This document shows, one piece after another, positions 1-12,944 of a stretch of 64,000 bases of DNA. The DNA is from Eledone cirrhosa (taxonomy: Eukaryota). Both the position numbers and the translations under genes were made by a program. Under the pieces are notes generated by a model. That model was not told the origin of the DNA. It searched no databases and saw only the letters and a list, made by a program, of their open reading frames with translations. The stretch's first letter is position 1. Each line of letters opens with the position of its first letter. Where the stretch lies: assembly GCA_964016885.1 (NCBI GenBank), contig OZ024743.1:304110001-304174000 (forward strand). The letters run 5' to 3'.

Positions 1-159
1 CAAACGTGTCCAGCATACTATCTATCTCGCCATGACCACCAGACAGATAAAAACTGCCTGCCTTTCCCGGCTAAAGGAGGGGCAAGAGGGCGGGGCAATA
101 CTCACGATGGACTCAGCTGATAGCTGGATCCGTCCTACACGTGACAGCAGGTGTTCGAC

Positions 160-3100
160 CTAAACCCACAAGTCAGCAATGCTCGGACACTGGACGAGTG
201 TGTGCAGGACGGTTTCGTCGCCCTGCGCGCAGCACGGACATGCCCGGATGACGGCACCTCCATGCCTGTAGAGTTTATCCCGAACAGGCAAAGCTCCTCG
301 GTAGCACTGCCAGGCCAGGGATTTCTGGAAGTTGTTCATAGGCCCAGGCCCGAAAGTCCTTCCGAAGAGATTGGCTAGTTGATTTTCGTCGACGCCTAGA
401 GTTTCTCCAAGTACGTCGTCGCTCTTCCCCTCCACTAATCCCCTATAGAACGCCAAGGTGGAGTTTCCACCGATCACATTGCCCGATTGGTCGAGGGCTG
501 TGAGCGCCTGAAGACATTCCAGTCTCCAAGCGTTCCCTCTCGGTCTTTGCTTGATCCAGGACTGCAGCTCCGTCAAGGAGACGAGCTGGGGAAAGACGCG
601 TCTAGCAAACGGAGACCACAACTGATCTCCGTCGAGGAAGAGGTGATGTCGTAGCCTGAGCGCGTGTCTGCGCATCATCAGCCACGGCATTCCCAGCCCT
701 CCACGTAGCGGGTGTTGACAGCAGATGGACCGCCTGACGATCGGAGCACGTCCCTTCCACAAAAAGCGAAAGAACAAACGCTCCAGCGCAGTCAGGTGGG
801 GCTTAGGACAAGGTACGACGGTCAGGCGGTAATAGATGACGGACGCGATATACGGGTTAGCCACCTCCGCTCGACCTTTCAGTGATAGCTTCCTCTCGGC
901 CCATTTCTGTGTGAGAGAAGCAACCCTGCTCGTCACCTCGTCCCAGTTTTTGTCCGTCTGGAGATCCGGACAGAACCAGACCCCGAGCAATTAAACCGGT
1001 CCGACGTTGTTGGACGGCATGGACCTGCCTCTCCAGGTGCCGAGTTGCAGGCCCACTGACTTTTCCTGGTTGATCATTTCTCCTGTCACCGCTTCGTATT
1101 CTCTTAGTGTAGTGCCGATCGCCTCGATGTGTTTGGCGTTCGACACCACTACGGTGACGTCGTCCGCATATGCTGACACGGATCTTCCGCATCCTAGTTT
1201 GCGCGCGACCCCCCTCAACGTCTCCAGTTTGTGCAGTAATGGCTCGAGAGTCAATACGTACAAGAGGGACGAGAGGGGACATCCTTGGCGGACCGAGCGT
1301 ATGATGTTGAACCGTTCTGAAAGGTGACCGTTCACTCTCACCACAGAGCAGATGTCGCTGTTCATGGCAGCGATCCAGCCTCTGAAGACAGGCCCAAAGC
1401 GAGCCGCCCTCAGGACTGCCGTTAGGTAACGATGGTCGACCCTATCGAAAGCTTTCGACTGATCTAAATTGATCAATGATCTACCCGTGCCAGGTTCCCT
1501 AGCTACCCTCTCTACGATGTATCGCATGAGGTGGAGGTTGTCGTGGATGGATCTGTTGGGAATGGCCCATGTCTGCGCCTCTCCCACCAGAACACCAACG
1601 ACAAGCGCCAACCTCTTTGCTAGCACCTTGGCCAAAATCTTGAACTCTTTAATTAGCAGGGTTATGGGCCTAAAATTATCTATGTTATCACCATTGTTCG
1701 GATCCTTTCTCAGCAGCGCCACAGCTCCTCGGTTTACAGAGCTGGGAATTCTCGCGTTCTGTTGCCAGTTGCAGTAGACGTCCGCCAAGAGGCCTCCGAA
1801 AAAGTCTGGCATCTGTACGGAAAGTTCATAGGGCAGACCATCCAAACCAGGCGATTTACCCCTTGTGCAGCCAGTCATTGCCTCCCGTACTTCAGCGGCT
1901 GTTATAGGCTTTTCGCAACACTCCACCTCAGTGGGCCGAGAGCCGCGGCAGTACGTCGAGGTAGACACTAAAGTCCATCCCTCGATCCGGCCCGCCGCTG
2001 CCCCCGAACAACTGAGCGAAGTGTCGCTGAAAAGCTTCACACCTTTGCCCGGGATCGAGTAGCATGCGCCCGTCGTGATCCACCAAAAACCGGATCGTGG
2101 TTTTGTTGTCACGACGCGCCACCACCACTCAGAGCCATTGAACAGCTTTCGTCCCCTCGTGTCTGAGAGCACCCACCCTAGCTATTACAACGCAACCTTC
2201 GTGCTTTGCATTGAAGAATTGGTCAAGGGCGAATTTCGCCGCAAGTACGTCGGTCGCGATCCCTTTGCTAAGCGCCTCGTCTAATTTTCTAACTAATTCT
2301 CCCTCTGCTCTATTTTTCTCTGTTGCTAAAGTCTTACTAAACCTAATGGATTCTATTCTCATTGCACTTTCAGAACAAACCACCATGTGTTGTTGACGAT
2401 GGCCCCCGTCAACGCCCGCTTAACTAGTTCGCTAATCCGGTCTCTGTAGGCCTTGTGTGCTGGTAAGGACGCGTTTAGCTTCCAGTAGCCGGGTCCTCGT
2501 CTATGAAGCCTATCTAATTCAGGCACACAGATCACGAATTTGTGGTCCGTGTAGCTGACTATCTTGAATTGTGGTCAGCCTATGCTAGACCTATCTATTT
2601 CTCTACAAACTACTCTATCTAGATATGATCTGGATGACCCTATGCGATTTGTCTAAGTCCACATTGGCACATTCGGGCAATCCAATCGGTACCTGTCAGA
2701 CAGTTCAAAACGCCTGAGTAGGTTGGTGAGGCTCTTGCACCCTCCTCCCCTATCCGCTAATCCCACACAGTCCCAGCGTGCATCTACGATCCTGTTCCAG
2801 TCGCCCACTAACACGAAAGAGTGGGACGTTCCAAGTAAGGTCTCCAGACGCAGGAAGAAATCAGGCCGCCCTGATTCTGTCGGGGCATAGACGGCCACTA
2901 GCCTGAAACTTGCCCGGCTCCGCTGGTCATGTCTAAAAACCACCAACTTACCTTCTGGGTCCAGGAAGATGGCCCGTATGGCGAGATCCAACCTCTCAGA
3001 AAAAGCACAGCATCTCCTCCCCCGATCCCGGACGGCTGGCAGATGCGTACACATCGTAGCCGCCAAAGTTCGATGCGAAGGCTCGTGCTTCGGAGATTCT

Positions 3101-3219
3101 GGTCTCGCTGATGGCCACTACATCTATGTTTAGTGATTGAGGTCGTTGAGCAGGTGGCCCTGCTTCCATGACGATCCCAAGCCACGCGCCTTTTTGCTGC
3201 CTATTCTGATAAATGTCAT
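160..3219 (-). pseudogene. Tx1-A1 ORF2 (APE endonuclease + reverse transcriptase), disrupted
   Basis: ORF fragments 160-990, 991-2172, 2129-2386 and 2653-3066. Start CAACATG with ATG at 3219 (MTFIRIGS..RGL). Confidence 0.88.
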
Positions 3220-3253
3220 GTTGAAATGGAGAGGAAAAGATGGGAAAGACCAC

Positions 3254-4400
3254 TTACCTTACTTCTCGTAGAGGAAGGATGGTTTGACCATCCTTTTCAC
3301 TGCTGGTGGCCTCCTCCGGAAGGATGTCCTTATAAATCCTCCTGGAGAGTGTTTGTCGGCAGTCTCCGATGTCTTTGGGGAATGTTTTGTTTTAGTGTCG
3401 TGTACGTTTTCTGTGTGATGCGAGTGATTTGTATGTTTTGAGGTGGTGTGAACTTTTGGTTTGTTGTGTAGTCTTTTTCTGTGATGCTGGTGTTGTGTTG
3501 CATGTAGTTTAACAATTGGTTGTTGTTCAAATGTAATGCTGTGTAGTGTGTATCGTTTTGGTTGTTTTTGTTTGTTTGCGTTTGTTGTGGGTTTGTTTCC
3601 GTTACGCTTTTTGGTGACTTTTGTGGTGTTGGTGATGGTGGTGTTGGGGTTAATGATGGTGATGGTGTTGGTGTTTGTGGTGATGGGGTTGTTGATGCTG
3701 GTGTGGATGGTGGCATATCTGTCCTAACTTTTTGTTTGTTAATTTATTTGTTTCCCTCTCTATTTTGTTTTTGGAGGGGGAAGGAAGAGAATATTTTCTT
3801 TTTTGGTTTCATTTTTTTTTTTTTCCTAATACCGTTTCCCACTCCTCGTCGTCACAATCTGTCTCCAGTTTCGATAAGCCGGGGAGTGGAAACTCCTCCA
3901 CAGGCGTTGGTTTTGGTTGTGGCGTGGTGAATGGTGTAGGCGCTGGTGCTAGTTCTGGCGCGTTGGGTGGTGGTGGTGTTGGTTTTGCTAGTGTTGCTGT
4001 GGTTGTTGCTGCTACAGTTGCTGTTACAGTTGTTGCAGCCATTTCTGCTGCTGGTGGTGTTGATGGTTGAGTCACTGGGGTGGGTAAGAGAGGTGGCCTC
4101 AACCTTTTAGCATGAGGGCAGAAAACCCTTAGGTGGGTTCCTTCACCACAAACGACACACGTAGGTCTTCTGCCCTCGACGATTACCGTGAGGTGGCTGC
4201 CGTCAGTGAGGTCTATTACCTCTGGGATCTCCTCAATGCTTTTATGGTCCGCTTGGATCAGGAGCTCCATCCCAGATCCGGACCAGTTCTCCTGCTTTTC
4301 TTTCGCTATTTCGATTATCTTGGTATTGGCCTCGTTGCCGGCGAGGACGGCAGCCATTGTTAATTTTAGTTTCTGTTGTGGCATCAATGGTGTTCGGTGT
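3254..4400 (-). pseudogene. Tx1-A1 ORF1 (zinc knuckle, Pro/Thr-rich), frameshifted and internally deleted relative to copy A2
   Basis: ORF 3809-4387 has CX2CX4HX4C. C-terminus ...IYKDILPEEATSSEKDGQTILPLREVR*. Upstream boundary is approximate. Confidence 0.75.
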
Positions 4401-4935
4401 GGAAGAGTTCATTTTGGTTGAATTCATTTCGATATCATGAGTTAATTTATTTTTTTTATTTTTGTTCTGTTGTCGCTGTGGTGGTGGTGGTGGTGGTGGT
4501 GGTGGTGGTGGTGGTGGTGGGGATTGTCGCTGTGGTGGTGGGGTAGCGGCTTTAACACCTGCAGTCATTGGTAATGGCGGGAAATGAATGTCTGGTGAGA
4601 CAAATTTAAAATATTGCTACTGCTTATATTTTTAGTGTTGGCATACGTAGTAATATTTACAATGGTTGTGACGGTGTGAGGTGTTAGATTGTGAGGAAGG
4701 AGTGACACTGAGTCTTCCATGATTTTTCAAAGAAATTTGTTTTGTTTGATAATTAAAAAAAGTTTAAATTTTGGGCTCAAGGCCCCAATATTTTTGAGTG
4801 TTCTTTAAAGAAATCAATGTATGTGCACTTATATACAATTAACAATAAACTTTTCCATAAATGGCAATTTTAAACAACTGAAAATAACAAACGTTTGCGG
4901 ACCTCACGATGATACTATTTACTACGTAGGTCGCC

Positions 4936-4956
4936 AATAATAATAATAATGATAAT
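4936..4956. repeat. (AAT)n tract joining the Tx1-A1 5' end to the Tx1-B1 3' end
   Basis: aataataataataatgataat. Confidence 0.9.
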
Positions 4957-7900
4957 GATTTCATTTATTGGCCACAAGGGCCGACATATAGCGGACAATA
5001 CAAAAGACTGGGACTGTGGTTTTAAAAAAAAATCGAGTAAACAATATGAATAACAATAACAAAGTAACAATAACATGTTATGACCATCTAGTGTTCGCTC
5101 AGGTACACCGCTAGTCCTGACCGACCCGACGCTTCGAGAGCACCTTGGAAGGGCACCCTCGCCTCTTCAAATTTACATACCTACAGCAGCATGACCAGAG
5201 TAGGCCCACTCACACGGGCCATTCTCGCCACATTCACCCACCTTTCAGCAAATGTACTGGGGGGCAGCACTTCTCTCTCCGCCCTCACCTTCCTTTCCAA
5301 TTGAAACTTGAAAATGTTGATGAGGGATTGGCCGAAGAGAAAAGTGTCTGTCTTCAGTCCTTTCAACCTCGTCCACCATACAACCTCTTTCGCTACTGCC
5401 ACAAGACAGAGGAAAATTGCCTACCCTCCCTGGCCAAACTAAGGCGGCGGGTCGATCTTCACTATGGACTCGGCCGATAGCCGGATCCGTTCTACACGCG
5501 ACAACAGCTGTTCAACATGTCAGTAATGCACGGACACTGGCCGAATGCGTACAGAACGGTTTCGTCGCTCAGCGCGCATCTCGGGCAGGTCCGTCTAACA
5601 GCATGTCCGTGCCTGTAGAGTTTATATCGAACCGGCAGTGCCCCCCGGTAGTACTGCCAAGCGAGGGATTTTTGGAAATTATCCACCGTCCCCGGCTCAA
5701 AAGTCCTCCGGTACAGACTGGTTAGTTCGACTTCGTTGACTCCCAGAGCCTCTTCGAGTGCGTCGTATCACTTGCTCACCACTAATCCTCTATAGAACTC
5801 GATGGTGGAAGTTCCACTGACCGCATTTCCCGCCTGGTAGTGGGCAATGAGTGCCTGGCAACATTCCAGATGCCAATCACCCAGTCTTCGGCGTCCACAC
5901 CTGTTCACCGTTTAGGCAGAATATCTGGAGATGCCGCAGCCTCAGCGAGTGCCTGCGCACCATTAGCCACGGCATGATCCGCCCTCCACGTAGTGGGTGC
6001 TGGCATCAGATGGACCGCCTCACCAGCGGAACCTGGCCCCTCCACAAGAATTTGAAGAGGAGCCGCTCCAATATGGCGAGGCTGAACGGGGGCAAGGGAC
6101 GATAGTCAGACGTTAGTAGATGACGGACGCGATGTACGCGTTTGCCACCTCCGCCCGACCTTTTATTGATCGCTTCATCCCAGCCCATTTCTGGGTGACA
6201 CTGACTACCCTGCCCGTCACCTCATCCCAATTCTTATCCACCTGGAGGTATGGCCCGAACCAAACCCCTAGCAACTTTACCGGTCCGTCCAGCGCCTAAC
6301 GACGCTGTTGGACGGCATGGACTAGCCTCTCCAGGTGCCGAGTTGCAAGCCCACTGACTTTTCCGGGTTAAGTTTTGCTCCCGTCAAACTTTCATATTCC
6401 TCCAATAAATTGCCGACCACTTCGATTTCTGAGGTGTGCGACACCATCACGGTGATGTCGTCCGCATAAGCCGACACAGCCTTTCCGTGTCCCGGTTCGA
6501 GCGGGATGCTCTGCAACAGCTCCAGCTTCCGCAGTAAAGGCTCGAGAGGCAATACGTACAGAAGGGAGGTGAGAGGGCACCCTTGACGGACCGATCGGGA
6601 GACCTGAAACGGTTCCGAGAGGTGGCCATTAATTTTGACCATCGAGCAGGTGCCGCTGTGCATTGCAGCGATCCAGCTTCTGAAGACCTCCAGGTACCGA
6701 TGGTCGACCCTATCGAATGCTTTCGATTGATCTAAATTAATCAGAGCCCCACCGAAGCCAGGTTTACACCCAACCCTCTCTATGATGTATCGCATTAGGT
6801 GAAGTTTGTCGTGTATGGACCTGGTTCGGATTGCGCAAATGTGTGCACCCCTCCCCCCCCCCCCCCCCCCCCAACCAAATCCCCGAAGACTAGCGCCAAC
6901 CTCTTCGGTAACACCCTGGCCAAAATCTTAAACTCTGCGTTGAGCAGAGTTATGGGCCTGAAATTGTCTAGTGTGTCCCTCATGTTCTCGTCTTTCCTTA
7001 TCAGCGTCACTACGCACCGGCTCACAGAACTGGGAATACTCCCGTTTTGCTGCCAGTTGCAGTAGAGGGCTTCGAGGAGATTTGACAACAAGTCTGGCAT
7101 ATTTACGTAAAGCTCGTAGTGCAGACCATCCAAACCGGGTGACTTGCGCCTCATGCAGCCGACAAGGGCATCCTGAATCTCGGCTGAAGTAATTGGCCGT
7201 TTGCAGCGCGCAGGGTCAGCCGTCGAGAGTTGGGGTAAGCCATCGAGGTAGGGACTGAAGTCCGCCACCATCTCTGATCCGCTACTTCCCCCGAACAACC
7301 GAGCAAAATGTTGGCGAAAGGCCTCACACATCCTCTTGGGAATCGCTCAGCTCGTGCCCGTCTCAGTCCCTCAAATACCGAATCGTGGTTTTAATTCCAT
7401 GCTGCACTTCTACCACGTGGGCCCATCGAACAGCTTTGGTTCCCTCGTTTCTCAGAGCACGTGCCTTAGCTCTGACAATGCAGCCTTCGTGTTTCGCATT
7501 GAAGAAATAGTCTAATGCCATTCTCGCCGCTAGCATGTCAGTTGCAATGACACTACCAGTAGCCTCGTCTAACTTATCTACCAACTGCCCCTCCTTTCTA
7601 TTTTTCTCTAATACTACTTCTTTGCTAAACTCTATAGACATTACTCTATAGACATTACTCTAATCCTGTCTATATACGATCTAGATGGCCCTATGCGGTT
7701 AGCCCAGGTCCACACTGGTGCATTAGGGAAATCTATTCGGTACCTGTCAGACAGTTGGAACTGGCTGATCAGATTCTTGAGGCTTTTGCACCCCCCGCTT
7801 CTATCGGATACTCCCACACAGTCCCAGCGTGCGTCTAAGATGCCGTTCCAGTCCCTCGCTAACAGTAAAGGGGGAGACGTACCTAGAATGGCTTCCAGGC

Positions 7901-10191
7901 GTCTAAAGAAGTCCGGCCGTCCTGCTCCAGTAGGAGCATAGACGGCCACCAGTCTAAAGGCACCACCTTCATTATTGTTCACGTCCAGGACCACCAATTT
8001 CCCGTCCGGGACCCGGAAGATCGACCTTACCTCTAGATCCAGGCTTTTCCTAAACAGCACTGCCACCCCGCCTCCCATTCCAGGCCGGCTAACAGATGCA
8101 AAGATCTGATAGTCGTCTAAAATGGGGGCTAGTACGCGCGTGTCGGAAATCCTGGTCTCGCTTAATGCAATTACATCCATTTCTATAGACCTGAGGTCGT
8201 TGAGCAGGTAACCCTGCTTCCAGGACGATCCCAGGCCTCGAACATTTAAACATCCTACTCTTAAAACGGCCATGTTGGCAGGTTAAACAGAGAGAGAGGG
8301 AGGTTTAATTACCTGCCGGGCTCTTGTGAAAGTCGGGTTGTTCGACCTATATAATTAGTAGGTTTCTTTTGGGAACCCCTTTAAAAGTTTTGAAGTGGGT
8401 TTTACGTTCGGGGTTGCCATGTCCCGAGGAAAGCTGTCTCGGATTTCTTTGAATATGTCAAGCGACATTTAAACCAGAACCAAATCTTCCGGCACGCTAA
8501 ATGTGCTCGATTTAAAAATGTCCCCCTCTTTTTGTATATTTTCAGTTCGTGCTACGAAGGCCATCAGTTCCTTGTTGGCCCTCCTGACGAGCACGAAGTT
8601 TTGTATGTTTTGTTGGTGTGATTTTATTTGTTTGCGTGGCTGTGGTGGTGATGGTTTTGGTGGTGTTGTTTCGGTTATATCTGTGTTTGTTGTGAGTGCG
8701 GTGTCTATGGTTTCAGATGTTTGTGTGTATATTTGTTCTTGCGTCTGTTTCAGTTGTTTGCGTCTGGGGGATTCTGGTGATGGTGATGGTGGTGTTGATG
8801 TTGGTGTTATTGGAGAGATGTTTGCGTGGGTGGTGTCTGCGTTTTCTATTGTGTGTGATGTTGTGGTTTGTTGATTTTTTTTTTTTTTGTGTTTCCTTTT
8901 TTGCATTTTGGTGGATTTGGGATTTCCCTCATTTTCACTACTGGTAGATGTAGGGTGTGTCTGTAAGTTTTTCTCTATGTATGTTTAAGGTTTTATTGGT
9001 GTGTGTATTTGGGGGGGGGGGGAATTTGACAGGTTTCCTCGTTTCCCCCCTAGGTGTTCAATGTTGGTGGTGGTCTTTCTATTGGTGTTGTTGTTGGTGT
9101 TTTTGCCGGTGCTTGTGTTGGTTGTTGTTTTCACATCCCAGAAGCCACCACATGTCAAGTCCTGGTGGGATTCTGTGAATGCGGAGATGGGCCGTTCTTT
9201 TTCCCATGTGGGAGGGGTACATTATGTCCTTGCTGGTTTTGCAAGGAGTCATAGCGTGTTTCATAGCAAGGGCTTCTAACTTGAACAACACTGAAATGGT
9301 GCCGTACTGTCTGCCCCTCTCTATGTACTGGATGTCTTCTCTGCTGCACATCAGCACGACTTTTACATCTTCTATTGGGATTAAAGCTTCCCTTTTGGTT
9401 TGTGCTGAGATGCATCTATAAAGCACCGTTTTGCGCTCCACTGCCTCAATAGCTTCTACCGGGACAGTTATGTTGGCTCAAGTTTGCTCTTGCTTGATGA
9501 TCTTCCATGCCTGGGCCAACTTTTCATCTTTGTTTGAGAGGTTCATGTTGAAGCATGGCCTCTATTTTGCCGCTGCCGCAGCGAAAGTGTTATTCTTGTT
9601 TTCGTTGGGGGTTTTATTGTCGTTGTTCTTGTTGGTGTTGTTGTTAGCACTGTCGCTGTTATCATTGTTGTCTTTGTTGCCACCATTGTTCTCGGTGAAG
9701 TTGGTATTGTTGCTGTTGGTGTTGTCGCTATTTGTTTTCATATTATTGGTGTTGATATTGTTGTTGTATTTGTTATTTTTTTTTCATCTGTATTTTCGTT
9801 GTCGCTGTTACCGTCATTTTCTTCTAAATTAGTGTTCTTATTGGTATCATTGGTGTCTTTGTTTACATTGTTTGTGGTGGTGTTTGTGTTATCAATGTGT
9901 GTTAATTTCTCTGTAGCGCTCCTCTCAACTTCTACGTTGTTGTCGCACGACAGCCGACATATAGCTGGGGGCGTGGCTCAGCCATGTTTATTTTTTTCGT
10001 AAATTTTTTAACATGTAAAAAAAAAGTTCAAATATTTGGGCCAAAAGGGCCAAATATTATAATTTCCCCTTCACGGGGCAAAGTCTAAAGGCTTATATCC
10101 TTTACACAACAAGAAATATTTAACAACAAATAATTTTAACAGGCAAATAAAACGACTTACTGTGAGCGAGCAAAATACGTCCGCTTAGACC
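4957..10191 (-). mobile_element. Tx1-clade LINE, family B copy 1, both ends present, internal deletions and frameshifts
   Basis: EN ORF 7641-8273 (LNVRGL, LSETR, SYIDRI). RT fragments 6322-7331 (YADD). 3' end GGCCCTTGTGGCCAATAAATGAAATC+(ATT)n. 5' end GGTCTAAGCGGACGT. Confidence 0.93.
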
Positions 10192-10212
10192 AATAATAAT
10201 AATAATAATAAT
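10192..10212. repeat. (AAT)n tract between the Tx1-B1 5' end and an R4/Dong element
   Basis: Seven AAT units. Confidence 0.9.
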
Positions 10213-12400
10213 AGTATTGGATTAAAAATATAACATCCCTCCACCTGAAACTGACAACCATGTTAAATGACTGTTTGATGTCAGTTGGGCTACCAGAGTG
10301 GTTGACAAAAAGTACCAGAGTTCAGGTAATGAAATATCGAATCAATGGTAATGATGTTACCAACTATAGACCTAGCACATGTCTGTCAGTAATGTGGAAA
10401 CTGTTGACAAGCATTATGTCTCAGGAAATCTACCATCACCTCCACACAAACAACTTGTTAACGGACGAACAGAAAGGATGCCGAAAGAAGTCCCGCAGAG
10501 ACCAGTTACTTATTGATAAGATGGTAATGAGGAATTGCAAGAGGACACACAATGGTCTTGCCATGGGATGGATAGACTACAAAAAGGCATTTGACATGGT
10601 GCCTCATTCTTGGATCACCACAAGCATAGACATCTTCAAGGCGGCAGACAACATCAGACAGTTGTTGGGCAAAAGTATGAAGTCCTGGAAAACAGAGTTA
10701 ACATCAGCTGGAGAATCCTTGGGAGGCGTGAAGATCAAGAGAGGTATCTTCCGGGGAGATAGTCTGTCCCCTCTGTTGTTTGTCCTTGCCCTGATGACCC
10801 TGACCATTATACTGCGAAAAGTGAGAGCAGGATACAAGTGGGGAAAGGGAGAGCTTACCATCAACACCTCCTCTTCATGGACGATCTTAAGCTCTTCGGA
10901 AAGAGTGAGAAGAAGTTGGATGTGCTTGTTGACACTGTCCGTATTTTCAGCAATGATATATGTATGCAATTTGGTATTAGTAAGTGTGGAGTCCTTGTGA
11001 TGAAGAGGGCTAAATTGAGAAGAAGCAACGGAATCCAGGTACCAACAGGTGAGATGATAAAGGAAATTGACACTGAAGAAGGATACAACTATTTGGGTGT
11101 TCTGGTGGCTGATGACATCAAGAACAAAAAAATGAAGGAATTGATAAGAACTGAATACATTCGGCGAGTAAGGAGCGTATTAAAGTCACATCTGAACAGT
11201 AGGAATGCCATAAATGCAGTAAATTCCCTAGTTGTGTCTATTATTAGGTACAGTGCGGGAATTCTGAGATGGAATGTTGCTGAACAAAAAGAAATGGATA
11301 GGAAGACTAGGAAGCTATTGACTATCTACAACATTTACCACAAGAGGAGTGATGTCGATAGACTCTACTTAAGGAGATCTGAAGGTGGAAGACGTCTTAT
11401 CAACATAGAGGACTGTGTTCAGATGGAGAAAAACAGCCTATACAAATACGTGACTGATAGTAAGGAGCCAATGCTCAGAATTGTACTGAAGGAGAGGACA
11501 ATAGACGAGGGGATGTCCGAAGAGGAAATAACAACAAGGAGAAAGAGCAGCCTTCATGAAAATCCCTTCATAGTACCTTCTTTTAGAAAAGTGAATTTAG
11601 AGATCCACAGACATGGAACTGGTTGAAAAGAGGAGACCTTTAAAAGGCTACAGAAGGAATGCTAATGGCTGCGCAAGAGCAGGCCCTCATAACGAATTGG
11701 CTGAAACACCATATTTACAAGGAGGAGGCTAGCCCACTGTGTAGGATCTGTGGAGAGAGAGAGAGGAGACTGTGGCTCACATTGTATCCGAGTGTAAACA
11801 CCTTTCCCAGACTCACTATAAAGGCTGGAGACATGATGTGATGGGCAGGGTGATCCACTGGCACCTATGCAAAGTAAACAATTTACCACATTCTGAGAAG
11901 TGGTATGAGCATAAGCCAGAGTCGTTGATGGAAAACGATCAAGTGAAGGTGCTGTGGGATTTTAGGATACGGACGGACAAGAAACTGGAACACAATAGAC
12001 CTGACCTGGTTGTTTCGGACAAGGGAAAAAGATCGTGCCTGATTGTGTATGTAGCCTGCCCATTTGACAGGAGAGTGCAAGAGAAGGAGAGGGAGAAAAT
12101 TAACCGATACCAGGGCTTAAAGTGGGTGGTAAAAAGGATTTGGAACTGCCATGAGGTCAAAGTGGTCCCGATTGTCATAGGCGCACTAGGTACTATCTCA
12201 AAGAGTTTCCAAGGATGGTTAAAGAAAATTGGTCCTGCCCCGCTTTTTGGAACACTTCAAATGGCATGCTTGCTGGGAACAGCAAGAACCCTCCGATACG
12301 TCCTGAATATCTGAGGCTGCAGGTAGTGGCTTGATATTCATTTCAACAAACTTTCCAGTTAAATAACATCATTGACTGAGACTCAAATAACAATAATAAT

Positions 12401-12406
<6 letters not shown>
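10213..12406 (+). mobile_element. R4/Dong-like RLE non-LTR retrotransposon, 5'-truncated, frameshifted
   Basis: RT (WIDYKKAFD, GDSLSP, FMDD) followed by CCHC (CRICGE..HIVSEC), RHD and RPDLVV..VACP..EK..Y restriction-like endonuclease. Ends in an (AAT)n tail. Confidence 0.9.

Positions 12407-12433
<27 letters not shown>
12407..12433. repeat. (TA)n microsatellite
   Basis: Direct reading. Confidence 0.95.
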
Positions 12434-12436
<3 letters not shown>

Positions 12437-12683
12437 AAAATAATAAAATTGAAGACTAAAATCCAAAGAGGACTCGATAAGGAAAATATATATCAAATAT
12501 ATAAGAGCCGTAGAGCAAATATTTATTAAAATAACAGATTAAAGTTTAAGCAAAGAATCGCAGCTTTCACCCTTAACGGGATCTTCTGAAACTAACAAAG
12601 TCAATCTGTAAACGCAGAACTGGATATTTCTAAAAACGTTGCAACCGGAGGAAGACAGGAAGATGATACTTTGGTTCGTGGTA

Positions 12684-12944
12684 ACGTTCGCTGGCAAAGA
12701 ACGGGAAAAAACGAATAATACGTCATTAATAGGAGCGGTGAAAAACAATTACGCGCAAAGACAAAACCACGTTTATGGTATAAAAGAGGTCGTAGACTAA
12801 TGTTCTCTTAGGTGGTGCATAGAGACGTTCTCTGGCAATGAACGAAAAAACGAAGATAATAAGTCATATGTGGAGCGTGGAGAACAAAGCACGCAAAGAC
12901 AAAACCACGTAAATGGTATAGCAGAAGTCGTCGACTAAAATTCT
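12684..12944. repeat. Two diverged tandem copies of a ~140-bp unit
   Basis: acgttc.ctggcaa.gaacg...cgcaaagacaaaaccacgt..atggtata...gtcgt.gactaa occurs at ~12684-12807 and ~12825-12944. Confidence 0.75.

Larger units (their letters stand above)
1..4935 (-). mobile_element. Tx1-clade non-LTR retrotransposon, family A copy 1 (3' end beyond window edge), frameshifted
   Basis: ORF1 has a CCHC knuckle (CVVCGEGTHLRVFCP). ORF2 fragments: APE endonuclease (ISETR, VYAP, GDWN), RT (KSPGLDG, DQSKAFDRVDH, QGCPLS, YADD) and C-terminal CxxC..H..C. The 5' end GGCGACCTACGTAG abuts (AAT)n at 4936. Confidence 0.93.

Noticed and set aside
1007-9832. Many short plus-strand ORFs over the Tx1 copies (also 20-31 kb and 55-60 kb)
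   Set aside because: Antisense shadows of GC-rich LINE coding sequence or of low-complexity ORF1 regions; no domain motifs.
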